Both the position numbers and the translations under genes were made by a program. The notes under the pieces were generated by a model that was given only the letters and a program-made list of their open reading frames with translations, did no database searches and was not told the origin of the DNA. A stretch of 64,000 nt of DNA, taken from NCBI RefSeq assembly GCF_006345805.1, contig NC_042998.1, forward strand, positions 42,160,001-42,224,000, read 5' to 3'. The stretch is from Octopus sinensis. Lineage: Eukaryota. Each line of letters begins with the position of its first letter. The stretch's first letter is position 1. Positions 1-12,923 of this stretch are shown one piece after another.

Positions 1-593
1 CTTGCCATCATTGTTGCATTGTACTTTTATGTCAAGCCAATGAGGGAGACTCTATATGGTTATCTGACCTGCTAGAAATAGCTGCAAAATCTTCATATCA
101 GATCCTTAATCAAGCATAAAAAGGAAAAACGAAAAAAGTGCTTTAACATCTATTTCTGCATGCTAACAAGAATTGGATGATTTTACAAATTTGAATGCTT
201 GCTTGAATTACTTGAACCATTTTTTAGATTAATAAAAATCCTTGAGCATTCTTCCTATAAATGTGAATATTGAAAGCTATTTCCATTATTCTCAGAGAAA
301 TTTAACGATGATAATAAAACAATTATGTTACATCAAATTTATTTTATATTCATATCTAAGAACAGTTTCAGAAAACTGCATTGCTGTACAAAGTGCTAAC
401 CATCTATTTGATAAAGTTTGGCAAACAATATTCAGAGATGATAAAAGAGTTAATGTCTCATTTTGAAAATCAAGACAGTATCAGATTTCTTAACACCTTA
501 GCACAGTTAAAAGTTAGGAATAATTTTTTTGAGAATAGATTAGCAGGGATCAGTCAAATAAAATGTCACAGGAAGGGATCAGTCAAATAAAAG

Positions 594-995
594 GCACAGG
601 AGTGGCTGTGTGGTAAGTAGCTTGCTTACCAACCACATGGTTCCGGGTTCAGTCCCACTGCGTGGCACCTTGGGCAAGTGTCTTCTACTATAGCCTCGGG
701 CCGACCAAAGCCTTGTGAGTGGATTTGGTAGACGGAAACTGAAAGAAGCTCGTCATATATAAGTGTGTGTATATGTTTGTGTGTCTGTGTTTGTCCCCCT
801 AGCATTGCTTGACAACCGATGCTGGTGTGTTTACGTCCCCGTAACTTAGCGGTTCGGCAAAAAAGGCTGATAGAATAAGTACTAGGCTTACAAAGAATAA
901 GTCCTGGGGTCGATTTGCTCGACTAAAGGCAGTGCTCCAGCATGGCCACAGTCAAATGACTGAAACATGTAAAAGAAAAGAGAGTAAAAGAGAGT
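594..995 (+). mobile_element. Octopus-type tRNA-derived composite SINE
   Basis: A/B-box-like head (TGGCTGTGTGG...GGTTCAGTCCC), body shared with many copies in the window, simple-repeat tail. Confidence 0.85.
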
Positions 996-3884
996 TCATA
1001 CTTTTGGAAATCAGAACCTGTTGCTTGAAGTATGTATACTCCTTTGTTTGGAACAAATAGAAGCTGATTAACATCTGTTGAAAAGAATATAGACAATATC
1101 ATCTGAAGGGCATTTGTACACTTTTGAAACTACATCTAACAGTTTTGCATTTGAAGCATCTTCAGTGAAACAGTTTCACTTCTTACACATTCCGTTTAAC
1201 TTGATACACACATACAATCATGTAGAGAAGACATGAAATTGAAAACAAAATAGTTTCAGAGTAAGAAATATTAATGATGAAGTCGGCTCTCAAACAGAAA
1301 AGAATTTAACCAAATATTGCTGGTTTAAATTCATGCTGAATATACCAACTGCCAGAGTACAAATACTTATTCTATCCTATTTACGGTGCTCAGGAACTGG
1401 CTTATATTAGATGTTATTTGAGAAGTACTCAAAATGAACTAGAAATTAAAGTCAATTGTAACAAAAATGGAGGGTGGGTGAATGACTTGATTTTTACCAT
1501 ATGTTGAGGGAAATTTGAGAACTATTTTCTAACTGGCTGAGCAACTACAGAGATTATATAAGGGAGTTTTAATAGAATTAAGAAAGTTGAGGTATAATAA
1601 AGGAAAATTGCTATGAGGCAAATGACAAGTAAATCTGTTAGGTGTTGAGCAAAAGGGCACAAATCCTAGCTTTAGTTTATTTTAGCTATCTTGTCTAAGC
1701 ACCCAATAGTTTTGAAGATTGGTTTTTCCAATGTTGTTTGATAGAATATCATAAAAACAAGAGAATTATAAGTTAGATTTTAAAATCATAATGAAGTTTA
1801 GTAGAGTAAGATCAAAGAAAGGACTTTCCTAATATTTCTTATGAAGGAACAACTGACCATTTGGTTGTCGTATAATTGTCCAGTATAACATAAATGTTTT
1901 ACTTCTTGAGAGATTGGTAGGCTTGTATCTTTAAACAGATGGTTTCCATAATGAACCTGTGTTAAGAGGAAACAATAATTTCAAATAACTTTGGTGTAGG
2001 GTACAGTTGATTTCATTGTTTCCAGTACTTTCATCATCGTCATTTAACATCTGTTTTCCATGGCTTGGATGGTTTGGCAGGAGCTGACTAAGCTCCATTT
2101 TTCCTGTCATGGTTTCTATGGCTTGATGCCCTTCCTAATGCCAACCACTCTACAGAGTGTGTGGGTGCTTTTTTTGGTGTTTATTTTATCCACAACTACA
2201 TTAGTGGGCAATTAGACTAAAAGAACCACTCTGAGCATGAGCCCTTACTGTTTGTGGGTACATGCACAGAAATGAAGGCCATGAGAATCAACCTTGATAG
2301 TAAAGCCTCCCTGGACCTCAAGTGGCCTGAACTCTTTACATGAACACCACCCTGTACTTAACTCCATGTCCCCCTACATGGCCTTGCTATTTGCTTTTGA
2401 GCCAAATTAACTAACTAACTAAATCAGGTCAGAAGATAACTCAAGGCTGCTGACTCTATTCATCCTCAAGAGATCTTAAAGATACAGTGCAAGATGAGAT
2501 TATTGCTCTTGATCCTCTACCACGAAGACAGGAATATTCATTCATTTTATCCACATCCAGAGGAAATGAAATCAAAGTCAACTCTAGTAGGATTTGAACT
2601 TAGAGTTTAAAGGAATGTAATTAAAAATTATAACCGATGTAGTTCTGTGGTCTACTAACAATCATAATTCTTTCTAAATTTAGCACAAGGCCAGTAATTT
2701 GTGGGGTGAGGGGAATTTGATTACATCAACCCCAGTACTTGACTGGTTTCTTTATCTTATTGACCACAAAAGAATGAAAGGCAAAGCTGATCTCACCAAA
2801 GTGAACTTTGCGTTTCCTCTTTCCGGGGTGGATAAAAGAAAGTACCAATCAAATACTGGGATCAATATCATTGACTTACCTACACTCAAAATTGCTGGCT
2901 TTGAGCCAGAACTAGAAACAATAATTCTTTCTTAATTTGGCACAAGGCCAGTAATTTTGAGAGAAGAGGAATCTAATTGCATTGACCCTACAACTCAAAT
3001 GGTACTTATTTTATTGATCCTGAAAGGAAAAAAGGCAAAGTTGACTTCAACAAAATATGAACTCAGAATTTAAAGGCAGGTGACACTAAGAATTTTGTCT
3101 GGCGTGCTAATGATTCTGCCAGTTTGCCACCTTAATAATAATAACAATGATAGCAATAATAATAAAGAGAAGACAAGATTGCAACGATTGAATTTTAATG
3201 AGTGCAGGAATGGACTTGTGGTTAAGAAACTTGCTTGGTAACTACAAGGTTCTGGTATCAATTCCACTTATGGCACTCTAGGCAAGTGTTTTTCTTTTTT
3301 CTCATTACTATCGGTTACCTTCAGAGTGAAATTTATTAGACGATAAATTGGACATAAGATAATTGTATAACGTGTGTGTACCAGTATTAATGAGCTTGTG
3401 TGATATTTCATATATAGGAGGTAATTTTGGTAAATTTAGTCATTCAAAGGAAATGGAGTATTGAGAACCAGACTAAATGACTGGGTCAATATAATTCACT
3501 AAAGTTCTCTACAGCAGTGCTCTAGTATAGCCACAGTCAAATTTGGTGGTTTCATATATATCTTCAATAATATACCAATACATGAATTTCATTAATTGGA
3601 AATTATCTAAGACAACCCTGCTAAGCATGGAACTTGCATAAATTTTTGCAGATTTTATCGTAAAAGAGGCTCGTTGGAGTTACCACTCATGTCAATAGTC
3701 AAAATATATAAACTGATGAAGGTATGACCAGTGATGATGCTGAGAGAGTCAAAGGACATGGAAATCAGCATAATCAACCAGATGTGAAAACAGCCAGGAA
3801 GTGGAAAGCAGAAACAGAAACTGATGACATCCTGTCTTCTCTTACACACTGAGATATGGTGGGTGCAATGCAAATTCATCAGAA

Positions 3885-4835
3885 GGGACTTGGTTTTGGT
3901 GCAAATTGGTTCAGACTATTTGCAAGTATGATGCTGAGCGAACACAGAGCTGTTGTTAGCAACAATGTCTAAACGAGGGAAGCAGAGAGAAGAGAGCTTC
4001 ATTTAATCCAATGCATTCAACAAGGACAGATGACGAGAAGGGAGGAACATGTTGCTGAGAGGAAAATAAGTTGGGATGAGATATGGAGGTGGACCACATC
4101 TTGGCTAAGTTTTCTGATTTGTTCATCCTATGATGCTTTACCATCACCTGCAAATCTAGTAAGATTGAATGTCTCAGAGAATGATATATGCAAATGCAGA
4201 AAGGTCGGAACACTGAAACATATTCTTTCCAACTGTTCACTAGCATTGAACAGGTATACACAACCTAGTCCTTAAGGTTATCTTCAATGCTATAAAGAAC
4301 CAAATTGATTTCAACAACAGTGAAAAAAAACCGTTGAAAGTATCAATTAGATATTTCATTACCTTTGTGTGCTCAGGACAACGGATCCATTTCAAGAACA
4401 ACAAACTTCATGTGAGCGATGAGAGTAGAACGGCTATTGGGAGGTGACTACAGATTTACCAGGGTGCCAGGGACCTTTCCCGTCCCAGTTACAAAAAACC
4501 AGACATATTAATGTTGTGTGAAAGAAAGATGTGAATTTAGTCAAGTTAACGGATACTCATGAAGATAACATGATGCCGCTCGGGCTCGAAAGATTGATTG
4601 TTATGTAAACCTCCTCGTGGAATGTGAAGATGCAGGCTGGAAAGTGGAGCATTTTTCAATCGAAGTCGGATGTAGAGGGTTTGTTGGACACAGTGTGAGA
4701 TGACTGTTGTTATTGTTAGGCCTACCTCATCGTAAAGTAAATACTACCATGACCGATATCCAAACTACAGTGGAAAAGGCTAGCCACTGGATTTGGTTAA
4801 AAAGAGATGATGAGCAATGGCTAGAAGAATATTGA
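3885..4835 (+). mobile_element. Decayed HERO-like (R2 group, restriction-like endonuclease) non-LTR retrotransposon 3' part
   Basis: CCHC knuckle region (CKCRKVGTLKHILSNC) followed by RLE-type segments, including EVGCRGFVGHSV and EKASHWIWLKR. Many stops and frameshifts. Confidence 0.8.
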
Positions 4836-5050
4836 GCTTTATTTGATAACCAGTTGATCTAGCAAGCAGGGCCTCATATCAGTGAGCGGGAGGGGTAGTG
4901 CACATTGATGCTGTCGAAAGGTAGGCCCCGAAACTGTGCATTCTCTTCTGATGATTCCATACACTTGCTGGCTTCCGGTATGCAGAGTTCTCAACTGGTA
5001 GCACTTGCATGTGCAAGTTGTTTGCAAAACATTTATGCCACATTTGACTA

Positions 5051-5345
5051 TAATAATAATAATAATAATTGTGTACAGTGCTCAGGTGCACTACAACTCA
5101 TCTAAAGTGTATATATAATCAGGTGTAGTTTCGGCGGATTTCGGAAAGCATGAGGGCCTTAAAGGATGCAGTGTCATGGCAGTCAACAACTGACGCAGGC
5201 AGTTTATTCCATGCTTCAGCAACTCTGAGCGTGAAAAAATGTTTCCAAAAGTCATGGGAGCTGTGTTGTTTTCTGACTTTGTAGGCATGTCCACGTGTGT
5301 TAGACACATGGAGATCAAAAATGTGTTCACACACAAGACATTGGA
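5051..5345 (-). mobile_element. CR1-clade LINE 3' end with (ATT)n tail
   Basis: Reverse complement of the 3' end of the 6.4-7.2 kb LINE (FFTLRVAEAWNKLPASVV). Confidence 0.8.
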
Positions 5346-6394
5346 CATGCTCTTTTCTCATCAGATATCATCCAAAAAAATCCCATCTAGAGAGTTATTT
5401 AGGGGTGACAAAATAAATACCAGTTCATTTGCCAATTTTAAAATACACTATCTATAGTGGTGTATAATACATATCTGTGGCTGTTTATGTTTGAGTGCCC
5501 AATTGACACAAAACTTACAAAACCCTTGCAAAATCAAAGAGCTCCACAATATTTTCCTAATTCCAAAGTATTTATTAACAGATACTATTCATATATTTTG
5601 CAAACATCTTCAAATTAACTTTCATTGTTGTACATTTTTGCTCTTATTTACATCCACATGCTTAGATGTACAATTATATGCATCTATGCACATATACACA
5701 CTCAGCTATGTAGAGAAACAGTTATTAGCATACTTCTTCACATATGAATATTCTCTCTATCATAAAATGCAACACAGACTCACATGACCCTCGGGTGGCA
5801 GACAATCTGTTTCTTAAGTTAACACTACTGCCTGGCCCTTGGGAGTTGAGTTCGTGTTCCAAGCATTCAGCTGTCTTTGGTCAGAAAAATTTCCTGCTTT
5901 TCTCTTACAAGCCTTAGAGACTCTGAAAAGAGCTATAGTCTCTATCCTTTTAGATGCACCATAGAAAAAAAAAAAACCCACACCCCACACAAGTTTTGTT
6001 TTTCCTCACATGTACTCTCTCTCATACACACTACATATATCAGATGCAAAGTCTCACAAAATCACCTTGCCATTATTTAACCCAGTGACCTGTTACAAAT
6101 GCCCCACTACAGCACATCCCATTCATTAATTAAGACCCCAATGTTAATCCAGTCACATTCTCAACTTCCATGTATCATCAGTCACAGTCATATTATCTAG
6201 GCTTGCACTGCGACATATTTAATATTCTTTTTATTCTTCTTCACTCAAACATCATCATCATCATCAATGTTATTTTTGTTGTCGCTCATTATGCTGGTCT
6301 GTGCAATTACTTGTAATTTGTGGTTCTCAGTACATTCCACATACTTAGCATTTCAAGAATCAATGTTGAAGATTGTAATCTTTTTACTATAAAG

Positions 6395-7190
6395 ATACCC
6401 TTCCCAGCGTCCACCTACTCCCTCCACAACACTAGTCTCAAAAAGTCTTCAAGTGAACGTGACCTGGGTGTTATTGTCGACAGTGATTTGCGTTCGAAAA
6501 AACACATCGCCAAAATTGTCAAGAAGGCTGAGAGTGTCTTGACATCACTCACCAAATCCTTTGTGAGCCGCTTTCCGGCTATCTATCTGCGGCTTTATAT
6601 AGCTATGGTAAGACCTCACCTGGAATTTGCATCACCGGTCTGGAACCCCTATCTTACCCAGGACATCAATCGTCTGGAAGCTGTTGAGCGACGTGCAACC
6701 AAAAGAATACCCTCCATCAGGCATTTGCCATATCCTGAACGCCTTACTTCCCTGGGCATGGACACATTGAAACTCCGACGTCTGGCAGCTGACCTGGCAG
6801 ACACCCATAAAATTATCAACCATTGTACAAACAATAACACTGAGCACCTCTTCAAACTCCACCCATGGACATATTTACAAAGTAAGAAAACAGCACAGCT
6901 CCCATGACTTCAGGAAACATTTTTTCACGCTGAGAGTTGCTGAAGCATGGAACAAACTGCCGGCATCGGTTGTTAGTTGTCGGAGCACTGCATCCTTCAA
7001 GACTTCCATGCTTCCTTAGATTCGCCAACACTACACTTGATTTTCTCCTCTCCATACACACACAAGCATGTTCACTTTCCAGACATTTCTACATTACTGC
7101 ATGTACTTTATATGCACTTTCTGACAAGTTGTGGTGCACCTGAGCACTGTATACAATAATTTCATTATTATTATTATTATCACCATCTTT
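6395..7190 (+). mobile_element. CR1-clade LINE, RT C-terminus plus 3' UTR and (ATT)n tail
   Basis: ERDLGVIVDSDL...MVRPHLEFASPVWNPYL...LEAVERRATKRIP...YPERL (ORF 6320-6907), a typical CR1/L2 motif string. Confidence 0.9.
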
Positions 7191-9378
7191 AACCGATTTG
7201 ACAAGTAAGGTACTTTATTTTGCTTGACTTTCTTACACTGAAGCCAACAAACAACTAAGCTACTGTATATGTGGAAAGAAACATTCATGTATGTTCATAG
7301 ACACACATATATAACTATTCATCTATCCTCTTGTATTAAAAAGAAATCTCAACAAAATTAAATATTCTTTTCTACACTAGGCACAAGGCCTGAAATTTTG
7401 GAGGAGGGGGGGGCAGTTGATTAGATTGACTCCAAAAGAATGAAAGGCAAAGTCAACTGCGGTGGAATTTGAACTCAGAATAAAAAGACAGATGAAATAC
7501 TGCTAAGCATTTCACCCGACATGCTAACATTTCTGCCAGCTCACCGAAAATTAAATATTCGTCACCAAAATAACAAAAAGATAAGAAATAATAACAAATT
7601 CAAGTTTATGTTTAATTGTAGCTTTTATGTAGAGAATATACAGGTAAAGGTCTTCAGAGATATTCAGTTAGCTAGAAATAGAAATAGAAAAGAAAAATAT
7701 TGAAATATAAGCAATTTAAGAGGATATTACGATCATTGCCAAGAGACAATTTTCAAGTATATTAAGTTTAATAAAGACTAAAAATTTTGCAAATGGCACA
7801 TGTTATAATTCATACACAGTGTTTATTTTTGCTCTATCTTCTTCCTTCTTGTTTATGATTTCCAATAGCAGTAGTTACATTTTACACATTCCAAATGCAT
7901 CCAATTGTACTATATTTGATAATCAACATTCTCCTGGACATTGTTCACCATTTTTGAATCTTGAATCCCAAATTGTTAACAGAAAGTTCATCTATCTGCA
8001 GTAATCTAATATCCAAAAAAAAAAAAAAAATCCCTATCAGATTAAATATTAATTTAATAGGGATACCTTGATCATTTACTCCATCTCTATGTCCCACTAA
8101 CTGTTAATTGAATTTTATCAAAAGATTTGAATACCTCATATCTAACAAGTATGAATATTCTAAATGGATTTAATACTAACAACAGGAGATACATTTAGAT
8201 GTGATAATTAGATGATGATTAATCAGAAATAGTAGTTTTTTTAAATAAATTCTAGGAGATGTGTCACAGCATGGCAAAGAAAAGCAATTGTAAACTGGAA
8301 AAGTCATAAGTACCAAGCTTTTTTAAGATAACTAAATTTATTAAACCTATTAATGCCAGCTTCTCATAGACCTTAAGTACACAACTGCCGAAACTTCTAC
8401 TACTAACACTTTCACAGAAACCTCTCAACAGTTCAGCAAGACTTTGAATAAAGTTAGCAATCCCTTTCTTTGAATAAAATAATGCTAAAGTGTAAAGATT
8501 TTTCCAGAAAACTTATTAGTAAATAACACCTGCAAACCAGTCATTTACACATACTAACACTTATACATATTCATGTTATAAAATGTAAAGCCTCCTTAGT
8601 CAGTAGGTAGTTTCAATCTGCACTTGAGACAATCAGTAAATAAGTTCCCATTAGTCAGATTATCAGCTAGCAATAAAGTCCCAATTAGGTAGATTATCAT
8701 TTAAGCTGTCAGCCAGCCAACTAGTTAACACTCTGAGTTCAACCCAATAACTACCACTTGTCCATAGTTAATCAAGTTCCTCAGATTCCACAATTGAATT
8801 AAGTCAGTCTAAAAAACCAGATACTCTTTCAGAGAGCCAATGGGGTAAGGCAGCTTCTACATGGTTGCTTGGAATAACTAAATTTCCCTAAATTTACATC
8901 CTAACGAAGGGTACGTAAAAGAAGAATACATTGAACAATATAGTTTTAGACACACAAAATGATAAGGTGTCATAGCTAAAACACTTTTGATAATGACCTG
9001 CATCATCAAGTCTGACTTGGAGGCTATAAAGCAGTTATGACCATTCATATAAACTCACTTTCAGTTCAAATATATACGTGATTCTAGTGAATAATATTCA
9101 TTTTCCAGTTACCCCAATCTTCTTAATAATTTCTTTTGATAAAAACTCAGAATTAAAAATGTTGGACTTTTTTAGGAGCTGTTGATAAGCTTGTTGTGTT
9201 ATGTTTCCAACAGTAATTTAAGAATGATGAACATCAAGTTACACACCATCTGAGAATAAACTGTAAATGCTGAAAGAAAATACTTACAGACATATGATTT
9301 GCACATTGATCGTATGAGAACAATAAACAAATGAAGAATGAAAGGAATTATACTTTGCAACTTTGCAGTGGGTTATAT

Positions 9379-9788
9379 GGATCTTTTCGGTTTGAATGAC
9401 AGTTTTTTCTAGCGGTGTCATATGAAATTGTCACCCATAATTATGACCCTAGTATCAATCTATTGCATTTCAATCTGCTTTAGTGTTGGGGGGGGGGGGG
9501 GTATCTTTTTTTCTCCACAAATGTAAATAAACCCAATCTGTTTCTTAAACGAGGGATATATTCATACGGCACAGAATGGTTTTTACCTCAATACATGTCA
9601 TTGATTGGTTGAAATAGCAGAAATTGAAGAAAAAAAAACAACAAATATCTTACAAACGATAGAATTTTCTTAATAAAGCCATGAGAAAAAGATGTTTTTA
9701 TAAACACATTCTACCAGTATACGAAGTTTAAAATTTTTTAGTTACCTAGAAATTATGTTAAAAACTGCCGTTCAAATCGAAAAGATCC
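9379..9788. mobile_element. MITE with ~29-bp TIRs
   Basis: GGATCTTTTCGGTTTGAATGACAGTTTTT / AAAAACTGCCGTTCAAATCGAAAAGATCC. Confidence 0.7.
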
Positions 9789-10615
9789 GGTTAAATCTGA
9801 GAGTGAGGCGATAAAAATTAAAAAAGAATTCCATTCCCAATTCATGGAGGAGTTGTTATCAGTCACAGGAACATAAAGTTGCAGAAACAACTATTCCAAC
9901 AAATAAACCAGTCCATCATTAGCAAACATGAACAGTCATAAAACATTGAATAAAAAAAATTTTTAATGGTCAAAAACTACAATCCATGAAAGATACTGAA
10001 TTTTGACATTATAATCCAGCAAGCAAAAATTAGTGGAAGAAAATTATGAGACAAAAAAAAAAAAAAAAAAGATGAATGTTAGGCAGCATTTTTTCTAGAA
10101 TTTAAGTTGAATCTTTCAGACCAAAAAAAAAAAAAGAAAAGAAAAGTGGAGAGGTCAACTTATACACCAAGACAACTCTGGAGGACCCAAAAATTCCATG
10201 TGAAATGCAGTTGGAAAGCTAGTGAAGATATTTGAATGCTTACATTATATGATTACTATATACCACATCAACTTGTATGCTGGAAAATATGGTAAGTAGA
10301 ATCTATTTCAGAAGTAGCTATATAATTCATACCGGATCAAATCATTACTTTTGTAGCATTTGGAAAATGGATTTATTTTAACTCGACAAATTTTGGCAAC
10401 AGTAGAAAATTTGATTTAACTATACACAACCTGTTACCAAGAAGGAGTGAATCAAGTCAACATAAAACATAATATACTTCACAATTAAGCTGTACAATAT
10501 GGTTTAGTGTTTCTTATATGCAGTTCCATTTCTGCAAACATTTGAAATTTAACAAAATAAAAAGTTTTTTTAAGGAAGAGAGAATACTTAACATACATAC
10601 TTTAACAGGAACCGC

Positions 10616-10734
10616 TTAAACTGTCACTGCCACTTTCTTCCTTTTCTTCTTCTTTTTTTTAAACTTACTCTCAGAGGCGTATTTCTTTTTTTTTACTGAT
10701 TTATGGCCATCATCATTTTTCTGGAATTCTTCAG
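10616..10734 (-). CDS. SURF2: Probable SURF2 terminal coding exon
   Basis: TGACAG acceptor, phase 1 compatible, (T)EEFQKNDDGHKSVKKKKYASESKFKKKKKKRKKVAVTV* as assembled. With one exon-4 copy the CDS is 648 nt (215 aa). The true stop may be 10602-10604 (see findings). Confidence 0.65.
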
Positions 10735-10812
10735 CTGTCAAAGATGTTGAGATAAAAAGATAATCTTTCAAATGTGTTAAAAACAAAAATTTCTGCATGT
10801 CATGTGATTACT

Positions 10813-11301
10813 TACTGTAAATCCTCAAGTATAATATGCAGGGGATTTTTAGGGGGCTGTACCTCTGGAAAACCTAAACCTTGTGTATAATACGCACCCC
10901 TTCTCTAACTTGATTCAAGGAGGTCTATATAACGTCCTTGGTTTGTAAAAATGTAAATGGTAATGTCCTTCATTATTATTGTATATATAACATAATGCAA
11001 ACGTGTAGCTTTTTTGTGCATTTTGTTTGCAGAAAATAAAGAAATAACAGTAATAACGTTTAATAAATGTTGCTTACTGCATGTTATGGATGATTCTTTT
11101 ATGACTTCATTGCTTTCTGGCTTAGCTTAAGGTATTTTCATGCCTGACATCACAAAGTAAAACATTGCTGGACAGCAAATAGAGACTCGGACATTTCTTA
11201 GAAAATACTTTTCATTTTTTACCTCGTATATAGTACGCACTAGGGATTTTGACCTTTAAATTTTGGGGAAAAATGCAGATTATACTCGAGGATTTACGGT
11301 A
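10813..11301. mobile_element. Tc1/mariner-superfamily MITE (TA TSD)
   Basis: TACTGTAAATCCTCAAGTATAAT / ATTATACTCGAGGATTTACGGTA. Confidence 0.75.
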
Positions 11302-11876
11302 CACAAATATTCCTTACTTGAAAAACAAGTAAGGCTTGGCAAGAGAAAGATTGCTTCGGTTATTTCATTCATGCTACTAATAATTTTGGAAAGAATATGA
11401 ACATTGATTTGATACCTCCTTCTCAATTATAAAGCTTTTAATCCAAAAGAAACCAATATTAACTGAGATGAGTCGGAAATCAGAACTGGTGGGCTTAAAG
11501 TATTTTAATAATATATATTGCTATAAGGCAGTGAGCTAGCAGAACCATTAGCATGCTTAGTGGCATTTTGTCCGCTTCTGAGTTCAAATTTCACCGAGGT
11601 CAACTTTGCTTTTCATCCTTTTGGGGTTAATAAAATAAGCACCTGTTGCAGAGTGGAGCCAATGTAACCAACTTAGCCTCTCCCTGGAACTTGCTCATAT
11701 TGCGTTAAAATTTTGACACAATGTTTGTGTGAGTGCATATGTATGTAGATGTTATGAATGCAGGAGGCTTTATGTTTATGTGTTGTGAGAATATTTTTGC
11801 ATGTATCTTTTTTCTTTTTTTCTACCTATTAGAGTGACTTCCCTTTTATTCAACGGTTTTTCATAGCATCTATTGC

Positions 11877-11944
11877 CATTAATAGCTGACGAGAATGTAT
11901 CGTAGCTCTTCGCTCCAACATTCGTAACTCCGAGTTCTATAATG
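11877..11944 (+). ncRNA. Degenerate type I hammerhead (GAAA to GTAA)
   Basis: ATAG-CTGACGA-GAATGT...ACATTC-GTAA-CTCCGA-GTT-CTAT. All three stems pair; one core substitution. Confidence 0.6.
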
Positions 11945-11972
11945 ACAACTTACTGTTTGTTCTAAATAATAC

Positions 11973-12009
<37 letters not shown>

Positions 12010-12300
12010 GTCCAACCCATGCTAGCATGGAAAACGGACGTTAAACGATGATGATGATGATATATATATATATAATTAATCAATATAGGGTGGCAAGGAA
12101 AATTTTGTAGAATTTTATTGCCACCAGCGGCCCAGCGGGAAAAAAATTAAATAGTCATAGACCATTTTTAAGTTCAACATTAACAATTAAGGAACGGCCA
12201 TAATAGGCCATTCACCACTAGAAATAACAGCCAAAGCTTCTACCGCAAATAAAGATTAATTCTGTAAACAGGAGAAAATTAAAAAAACATTTACCCTGTA

Positions 12301-12407
12301 ATTTCTTGTACGGTATACCGTTTCATCCGCTGTTTAATGGTAAGCTAACCTGATTAAATTAAATCAAGCCAATCTTCCATAAGCCCTCGGATTCTTCAGC
12401 AAGAAAT
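12301..12407 (-). ncRNA. Type I hammerhead ribozyme, intact core
   Basis: Minus strand: ATTTCTTG-CTGAAGA-ATCCG...CGGAT-GAAA-CGGTATACC-GTA-CAAGAAAT (8-bp stem I, 5-bp stem II base, palindromic stem III). Confidence 0.85.
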
Positions 12408-12816
12408 AGCTCAGGTCGGAGCAGATATATACACGAGGCATACCCAATTTTTAATTTTCTCCTGTTTACGGAATTAATCTTTATTTGCGGTAGAAGCTTT
12501 GGCTGTTATTTCTAGTGGGTGAATGGCCTATTATGGCCGTTCCTTAATTGTTAATGTTGAACTTAAAAATGGTCTATGACTATTTAATTTTTTTCCCGCT
12601 GGGCCGCTGGTGGCAATAAAATTCTACAAAATTTTCCTTGCCACCCTATATTGATTAATATGAATTTTTTGGTTAATTCCGTAATGGAATCGACGGCTGA
12701 TATTTATTTGCTGCCGATAAATTTGGCGCGAGTGCGACGATTTGAAAATTTTAGGTCAGATATTGACTTGGCAAGATTGGGTATGCCTCGTGTATATATC
12801 TGCTCCGACCTGAGCT

Positions 12817-12923
12817 ATTTCTTGCTGAAGAATCCGAGGGCTTATGGAAGATTGGCTTGATTTAATTTAATCAGGTTAGCTTACCATTAAACAGCGGATG
12901 AAACGGTATACCGTACAAGAAAT
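12817..12923 (+). ncRNA. Type I hammerhead ribozyme, intact core
   Basis: Stem I 12817-24/12916-23, CTGAAGA 12825-31, stem II ATCCG/CGGAT, GAAA 12900-03, palindrome ACGGTATACCGT 12903-14, GUA cleavage after 12915. Confidence 0.88.

Noticed and set aside
381-590. 69-aa ORF and coding-looking stretch up to about 1450
   Set aside because: No recognisable homology or consistent splice frame; possibly a decayed DNA transposon.
7819-8004. Possible extra SURF2 3' exon on the minus strand
   Set aside because: All frames after the candidate CAG acceptor close quickly.
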